Virus record (IMG/VR): IMGVR_UViG_3300020016_000017
Coordinates: 1 to 43,142 of that record
From: a virus
Lineage: Duplodnaviria > Caudoviricetes
Reading direction: 5' to 3' (one strand)
DNA length: 43,142 nucleotides
In this document: piece by piece, positions 37,924 to 43,142 of the stretch
How the letters are laid out: each line of letters opens with the position of its first letter
How positions within the stretch are numbered: position 1 is the stretch's first letter
Position numbers and translations under genes: made by a program
The notes under the pieces: model-generated
Database searches by the model: none
Told to the model about the DNA's origin: nothing
What the model saw: only the letters and a program-made list of their open reading frames with translations

Positions 37924-39624
37924 CTAGACGTTGACGCCGGCGACCTCGAACGTGGCCGCGATCGCGACCAGCTCGACGTCGGGCTTGGCCTGCTGCGCGA
38001 CGGTGACCTGAACGATCGGCGCGTGCGAGAAGCCGGTCTTGCCGATGCTGACCCACATCGTGTTGCGGTTGGCCGGGCGATTGCGCGCCGGCTGGTCCCA
38101 CTGGCCGTAGGCGTCGCGCTGCGGCGTGGTCGGCACCGGCGGCGGCGGTCCACCCATGTCGGGGCCCCACTCGGCCTCGTCCCAGACGTCGGCCGGGCCG
38201 GGGTCGGGGCCGGGCTGCGGCGGCGGCGGGATCTCGACGATGTAGTCGGTGGTGGCGTCGAGCTGCGGAATGAACGGCTCTGACGCGGACGTGGTGAAGA
38301 TCGCGCGCGCCTGCCGCCAGTGAACCGTCATCGAGCGCGCCTGAAACATCTCCCAGCCGCCGACCAGCGTCGCGACGTAGGGCAGGCCGTCGTCGGAGCC
38401 GGTGCGCTCCATCTGCATGATGCGGCCGTCGCGCGTGCCGAAGAACATGTTGGCGCGCTGGCGCAGGAAGCAGAGCGCGTCCCAGCCGACGCCGCGCCCG
38501 AAGGCGCCGGTGGCGCTGTTCATGGCGAGGCAATACTGGTTGCCCGGCCGCCCGCCGGGCAGCGTGATGAAGATGCCGCCGTACTCGTCCCACCGCCTTA
38601 TCGTCCACGGGTAGGTGGTGTTGATCGCCACCTCCTCGCGCCACATCCGCTTGATGGCGCGGCTGACCATTGCCAGCTCCATCTCGCCCGCCGACTTGGT
38701 GATGACTTGGTTCATCGGCACGACGCCCTCGACGGTGAGGATCAGCAGGTCGCCGCCGACCTGCTCGTGCGCGTTCATCCCGAGCGGCTTGCCGACGAAG
38801 TAGCGGCCCTCCTGCCGCCAGTTGGCGGCGTCACCGGGATTGTTGCCGGTCCAGATCAGCGCCTCGCCCTCGGACGTCACCACCACCAGCTTGTCGTCGA
38901 TGCCGTCGCCGGCGTCGATCGACCAGTTGCTCATGAACATCAGGTAGCCGCCGCGGGTCGCGGCGCCCGACATCGGGATCTTGGTGAGCGTGCCGCCGAC
39001 CGCGTCGACGCCGAGGTACCACACGTTCATCGACCGCTTCTCGATGAAGAACAGCCGGTTGCGGTACTTGCAGACGTAGGACAGGTTGCGGCCGTTCTCG
39101 ACCGGCGAGCCTGCGGGTCCGGTGATCGCGCTGGCGCCGTCGGCGGGCACCGCCGGCGGCACCAGAGCCTCCCACGTGATGCCGTCCTTGGTGCGCAGCA
39201 CCGGGTCGCCCGCGTCGTTGACCGCGAGGCCCCAGTAGCCGCCGAGGTTGGCGAGCACGGTCGCGGAATAGTTGCCGCTGGTGCGCCCGGTGGCGATCGC
39301 CACCGGCGTGCCGGTGGTGACGTCGTAGACCTTGGTCGCCTGCGCCGCGAACATGCGGTGCTGGGCGGTGTCGACATACTCGAACGACGAGATCACCGGC
39401 ACGGCCTCGGGCAGCGTGGCGTAGCGCGTCGAGCCGCCGCGCAGCTTGACGCCCTTCATGGTGGGAAACCAGTTGTCCGAGACGATCGCGGCGCCGGGGC
39501 CGATGTAGGCGTCGTTCTCGTGCTGCACGAGCCCGCGGGTCGGGGCCGGGAGCGTCACGGTCTTGAGCGCCTGCGCGTAGTTGCCCGGCACCGGCTGGCG
39601 GCGGAAGGCGGCGTGCGCGCTCAT
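37924..39624 (-). CDS. Tail nozzle / packaged-DNA stabilisation protein (P22 gp10 / T7 gp12 analogue)
   Basis: ATG 39624 with ATGA overlap; beta-rich; PAPTRGL, DNWFPT..G..LRGG, YRNRLFF motifs; follows the adaptor; 566 aa. Confidence 0.75.
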   Translation of the reverse strand: MSAHAAFRRQPVPGNYAQALKTVTLPAPTRGLVQHENDAYIGPGAAIVSDNWFPTMKGVKLRGGSTRYATLPEAVPVISSFEYVDTAQHRMFAAQATKVYDVTTGTPVAIATGRTSGNYSATVLANLGGYWGLAVNDAGDPVLRTKDGITWEALVPPAVPADGASAITGPAGSPVENGRNLSYVCKYRNRLFFIEKRSMNVWYLGVDAVGGTLTKIPMSGAATRGGYLMFMSNWSIDAGDGIDDKLVVVTSEGEALIWTGNNPGDAANWRQEGRYFVGKPLGMNAHEQVGGDLLILTVEGVVPMNQVITKSAGEMELAMVSRAIKRMWREEVAINTTYPWTIRRWDEYGGIFITLPGGRPGNQYCLAMNSATGAFGRGVGWDALCFLRQRANMFFGTRDGRIMQMERTGSDDGLPYVATLVGGWEMFQARSMTVHWRQARAIFTTSASEPFIPQLDATTDYIVEIPPPPQPGPDPGPADVWDEAEWGPDMGGPPPPVPTTPQRDAYGQWDQPARNRPANRNTMWVSIGKTGFSHAPIVQVTVAQQAKPDVELVAIAATFEVAGVNV

Positions 39625-40328
39625 GTCGGGACCGGCCACGGATAGCTGTGGCGCATGGTGTGCGACATCGGGCGGCGGTCGATGATGATCGGCGCGGGCT
39701 GGTCGCGCCCCATCGCGTTGGCGAGCGCGTCGGAGTAGCTGCCCATGTCCTCGGCGTAGGGCGAGCCCTTCTGCGCCTTCCACTGCCAGACCATGCCCAG
39801 CTTGAGCAGCCGCTCGTCGAGGCGGAAGCTGTCGGTGTCGGCCATGAAGGCGTCGCCGTAGCCGCCGCTGGTGAGCGCCACGCAGTTCCGGTCGAGGTAG
39901 ACGAACGTGGCGGTCTGCCCGACGCCGAGCGCGGGCGAGAACACCATATTGCCGCCCATCATCGTCCACTCGCCGCCACCGTAGTCGGCCACGTTCGAGA
40001 TGCGCCGCTGCAGCCACTCGTCGGCGTCAGAGATGAAGATCATTGGCGACTGCGTGTCGGTCGAGCGCCACACGTTGGCGGTGACCGGCATGCGCTTGTA
40101 GTTGGCCGGGAGCGGGAAGGCGGTCTGCACGCCGTCGCCGACAAAGACCTGCGTCGCCTTCAGCGCGGTCCAGTCGCGCGTGTCGTAGGCGATGCGCTGA
40201 CCCATCTCGTTGGCGAGCGCGAGCATCTCCTGCATGGTGCGATTGTTGGCGAGGCCACCGAACACCGTCTGCGGCACCTGCACGCCGACGGTGGCGCAGA
40301 CGTCCTTCACCACCGTCAGCAGTGTCAT
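39621..40328 (-). CDS. Head-to-tail adaptor (P22 gp4 / T7 gp11 analogue)
   Basis: MTLLTVV..VC...G...P...W..L...LP..Y...LLKLG..WQWK..KG..YAE..Y; positioned before the nozzle. Confidence 0.72.
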   Translation of the reverse strand: MTLLTVVKDVCATVGVQVPQTVFGGLANNRTMQEMLALANEMGQRIAYDTRDWTALKATQVFVGDGVQTAFPLPANYKRMPVTANVWRSTDTQSPMIFISDADEWLQRRISNVADYGGGEWTMMGGNMVFSPALGVGQTATFVYLDRNCVALTSGGYGDAFMADTDSFRLDERLLKLGMVWQWKAQKGSPYAEDMGSYSDALANAMGRDQPAPIIIDRRPMSHTMRHSYPWPVPT

Positions 40329-40329
40329 G

Positions 40330-41040
40330 TCAGGCCGCCTTGTCGGGTCGCGCTTCCAGTGCCATGCGCACCAGCGCCTTGCGGTTCATGTTGCCGATCG
40401 GCTCTTGCCCGGTATGCGCCGTGACGTAGTCGCGTATCTGGTCGGTGGTCATCTCCTTGAACTGGCCCTCGCCGCCGCTCTTCTTCAGCGCCTCGTTGTC
40501 CTCTTCGAGCACGGCGTTGCGCGCGCGCAGCGCCTCCAGCTCCTCGACCAGCTGCGTGTTCGGCGCGTTGCTCTTGCTCTGCTCGATATAGTCGGTGGCT
40601 TGGTTCTTGAAGTCGCGGCCGTGCGGGCCGAGGTTCTTCAGCTCCTGACCGTCGATGATGGCGAGCTGCTCGACCGTGTAGATGTTCTGCGCGCGCAGCT
40701 CGGCGCGCTTGCCTTCGGACAGGAACGGCGCGTGGTCGAGCGGCGTGCCGGTCTTGGTCTGCTGCATCTGCGCCTTGAACTGCGCGTACTGGCGCGGGAA
40801 GCGTTCGATGTAGGTGCGCGAGGTCTGCTCGCCGGTGAACGGGTTGACCTCCCAGTGCGAGTGCGCGGCGGCCGGGTAGGGCGTCCAGTTGCGCGAGCCG
40901 GGCACGCGCACCTCGACCACCTCGATGTCCTCGTAGATCGGCCGGCCCTCGGTCGCGCTGCGCGCCTCGTTCTTCAGCGCCATGTTGCGGAAAGTCGCCA
41001 CCAGCGCGTCGTCGGGGTGGCGGAGTTGGCTCGTCTGCAT
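40330..41040 (-). CDS. Phage protein downstream of the major capsid gene
   Basis: ATG 41040 with GGAG RBS; S...GRPIY.D.E...I..PG, RF...Y..FK...GTPL, ELRA.NIYTVEQLA (HhH-like) and coiled-coil tail. Confidence 0.75.
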   Translation of the reverse strand: MQTSQLRHPDDALVATFRNMALKNEARSATEGRPIYEDIEVVEVRVPGSRNWTPYPAAAHSHWEVNPFTGEQTSRTYIERFPRQYAQFKAQMQQTKTGTPLDHAPFLSEGKRAELRAQNIYTVEQLAIIDGQELKNLGPHGRDFKNQATDYIEQSKSNAPNTQLVEELEALRARNAVLEEDNEALKKSGGEGQFKEMTTDQIRDYVTAHTGQEPIGNMNRKALVRMALEARPDKAA

Positions 41041-41069
41041 CCGTAGCTCCGGGTTTCGCGTGAAATGGG

Positions 41070-41116
41070 CGGAGCCGCCGACCGACAGGCTCGTCACTGA
41101 ACGGTCGGCGGCTCCG
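41070..41116 (-). terminator. Perfect 15-bp stem-loop after the major capsid gene
   Basis: CGGAGCCGCCGACCG, 17 nt, CGGTCGGCGGCTCCG; weak U-tract, so it may be a partial terminator or processing/stabilising hairpin. Confidence 0.55.
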
Positions 41117-41169
41117 GGTGTCGGAACACGGGGCTGGAAAGGATTGGGGGGACCCCGCGTCCCAATGGC

Positions 41170-42192
41170 TCAGGAGGCCGGGACGCTGTCGTAGAGCCTC
41201 CAGTTGAACAGCGGGTTGACCATGGTCAATTCGCCCATCCAGCCGATGAACTGGGCGATCGCGTCCTTGTCGATGGGCATTTGGCCCTCGCCCTCGAACA
41301 GCTTGTCGAAGTTACGCGAGGGGTGGTAGCGCAGCCGGAAGCTGTCGGTGTTCAGGCCGAACGTCGTGTTGGCCGGCATGTTCGAGCCGATGCCGCCGTC
41401 GAGCACGATCTCGGCCCGTTTTCCGCCGCCGATATACTCCAGCGCCGTGAAGCCGAGCTTGCCCAGCGACGTCTCGCCCTGCTGGCGCTGGATCGCGACC
41501 GTGGCCGCGTCGTAGGCGGCGTAGTGTTCCGGCGACATGACCAGCAGGTCGGCATAGTTGCGGTTGCGGCTCTGCTTGGTCATCACTGCGTTGAGCAGCG
41601 GCCGGATGGTGGTCGCGTTGACCTGCGTGCCGATCGCCGCGCTGTAGGTGTGCGCGTCGTAGGTCTTGGTCTGCCAGATGGTGGCGATGTTGCGGTCGAT
41701 GCCGCCGTAGGTGCCGGTGGTCGGCACGATCGGCACCGCGGTGGCGAGCCCGGTGATCTGCTTGCCGCCGTTGGCGGTGCCGTCGCCGTACAGCCCGGCG
41801 TCCATGGCATCTTCCAGCGCCCGCTCGGCCGCCTCCATGTAGGCGTCGAGCACATCTTCGAGCTGGTTCTCGCCTTGGTTGTTGAGGATCTCCTGCATGG
41901 AGAGGACGATCGGCACGACCACCATCTTCGGGTCGAAGAAGGCGTCGTTGAACAGGTCGATCGCGGGGTTGAGCAGCTGGTCGTAGCCGGAATACCACTG
42001 CGCGACCTGCTTGCCGATCTGCAGCGTCTGGCGGATGCGCGGCCCGGAGTAGGTCTGCCACAGGCCCTTGCGGCGCATGACGGCCAACAACGCATTGTTG
42101 TTGGAGACGAGGTCCTCGTAGGACGACGAGCGGTCCTCGACCGCCATCGACAGGATCTGCTGATAAGCAGCATTGGTGGTGACGTTGGGCAT
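41170..42192 (-). CDS. Major capsid protein
   Basis: 340 aa; NNALL......G....SG..I...L......WYSGYD.L, YGDGTANGGKQITGL, YGGIDR....W; GGGAG RBS. Confidence 0.85.
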   Translation of the reverse strand: MPNVTTNAAYQQILSMAVEDRSSSYEDLVSNNNALLAVMRRKGLWQTYSGPRIRQTLQIGKQVAQWYSGYDQLLNPAIDLFNDAFFDPKMVVVPIVLSMQEILNNQGENQLEDVLDAYMEAAERALEDAMDAGLYGDGTANGGKQITGLATAVPIVPTTGTYGGIDRNIATIWQTKTYDAHTYSAAIGTQVNATTIRPLLNAVMTKQSRNRNYADLLVMSPEHYAAYDAATVAIQRQQGETSLGKLGFTALEYIGGGKRAEIVLDGGIGSNMPANTTFGLNTDSFRLRYHPSRNFDKLFEGEGQMPIDKDAIAQFIGWMGELTMVNPLFNWRLYDSVPAS

Positions 42193-42218
42193 CAGAGTGC
42201 TCCCGAGGGTTCAAAGGA

Positions 42219-43000
42219 TCAGAGCGAGCCGCTCGCGCGCTTGATGGCGCTGGCGATCGCCTCGCGGCGGCCGACGGGTCGTTGCGGGCGTCCGGTCCCG
42301 TTGGTGGGCCCTGCGGGTGCGCCGCTGATCGACTTGCCGGTGGTACGGGTCTGAGCCGTCGGGGTGCGGGTCTGAGCCGCGTGGGTTGCCGGGCGGAGCC
42401 TGTCCGCTCTGGCGTAGGCTTGGTCGAGCGTGAAGCCGAGCTTGATTTCCTGCTCGATCAGATCGCCCAGCTCGTCGAACCTTGGGTGCGCGTCGGCGTA
42501 CCGATCAAGCGCGCTGCGGGTCTGGCTGAACGTGGCCTGATACTGCATCTGCTTGATGCCGGTTGCAAGCTGGCTGATCTCGCGGTGCAGCTGCCCGATC
42601 TGGGCGTGCTGCGCGGCTTGCATGTTCTTGGCCTGCACCAGCTGGTGCTGCTCGGGCGTCTGGTTGATGACGTGCCAGCAGATGTCGCGGAAGGTGATCG
42701 GGGTGCCGTCGTCGGCGCGCAGGTTGAGGTTCTGGGTGATGACGTCGAAGCCGGCCACCGGGTCCTGCCGCAGCCGCTGCTCCATGCTGGTGTAGCTGGT
42801 GAGCGCGCGCTCCAAGGTGGTGCCCTGCTGCGCGGCCATCTGCTGGAACGGGCGGATCGTCTCCATGACCTGATGATCGGCGCGGTACTGCCCGTAGGCG
42901 CGCTGGAACTCGCCATTGGCACGGTGGATCTCGCCGCGCACGCTCTCCGGCGTATTGGCCCAGTCGGCCTTGGCGCGCTCGTGCAGGCGCACCGGCGGGT
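42219..43000 (-). CDS. Capsid scaffolding protein, C-terminal part
   Basis: Helical Gln-rich; HPRFDEL...I...I..G..L..AY..A; AQTR repeats; terminal RREAIASAIKR helix; in frame with 481..1. Confidence 0.75.
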
Positions 43001-43142
43001 CGCGATAGGGCGCCGTCTCGGGCAGCCGGGCGTGCGAGGCAACGGCGGCATTTGCCGTCGTTGCCGTCGTTGCCGCTTGACTTTGCGCCGGCTGGCGCGG
43101 CGCGAAGTGGCCGTGCTCGGCGCGGTCGCGCGGCTGCGCGGC
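43001..43142. repeat. Terminal direct repeat, right copy
   Basis: Copy of 1-142; implies a 43,000-bp circular or permuted unit. Confidence 0.95.

Overview
The window is an apparently complete, circularly permuted genome of a GC-rich (about 70% by eye) tailed phage with podovirus architecture. Unit length is 43,000 bp: positions 1-142 recur at 43001-43142 with 2 mismatches, and the scaffold gene reads in frame across the join. A GcrA homologue and a CtrA-like box point to an alphaproteobacterial host. The minus strand carries a long virion operon: terS, terL, P22-like portal, an accessory block, scaffold, major capsid, adaptor, nozzle, GNAT, ejection proteins (one lysozyme-like), tail fibre, lipoprotein and holin-like gene. 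The replication region has a Prim-Pol/VapE primase-helicase next to a GTAAC-iteron origin candidate, VRR-NUC, DUF2800/Cas4-like exonuclease, SSB-like protein, PolA (Leu762 type), a free-standing HNH-type endonuclease and an SNF2 helicase. A regulatory operon encodes a DUF5664 dNTP diphosphohydrolase, LuxR HTH, Cro-like HTH and GcrA. I recognise no integrase, free endolysin, tRNA or CRISPR array. The most notable unexplained features are: (1) two paralogous small HTH genes, each beside a TTGACA promoter with its own palindromic operator and unknown genes (acr-aca-like cassettes); (2) a portal-to-scaffold block with a toxin-like protein, a convergent leaderless 63-aa gene and an Acb2/Tad1-like gene; (3) a short RxxIxxAL motif shared by the scaffold and many candidate internal head proteins; (4) a CtrA box on the RBS of the GcrA operon; (5) several palindromes upstream of and inside polA. 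All family assignments come from motif recognition by eye, not database searches.
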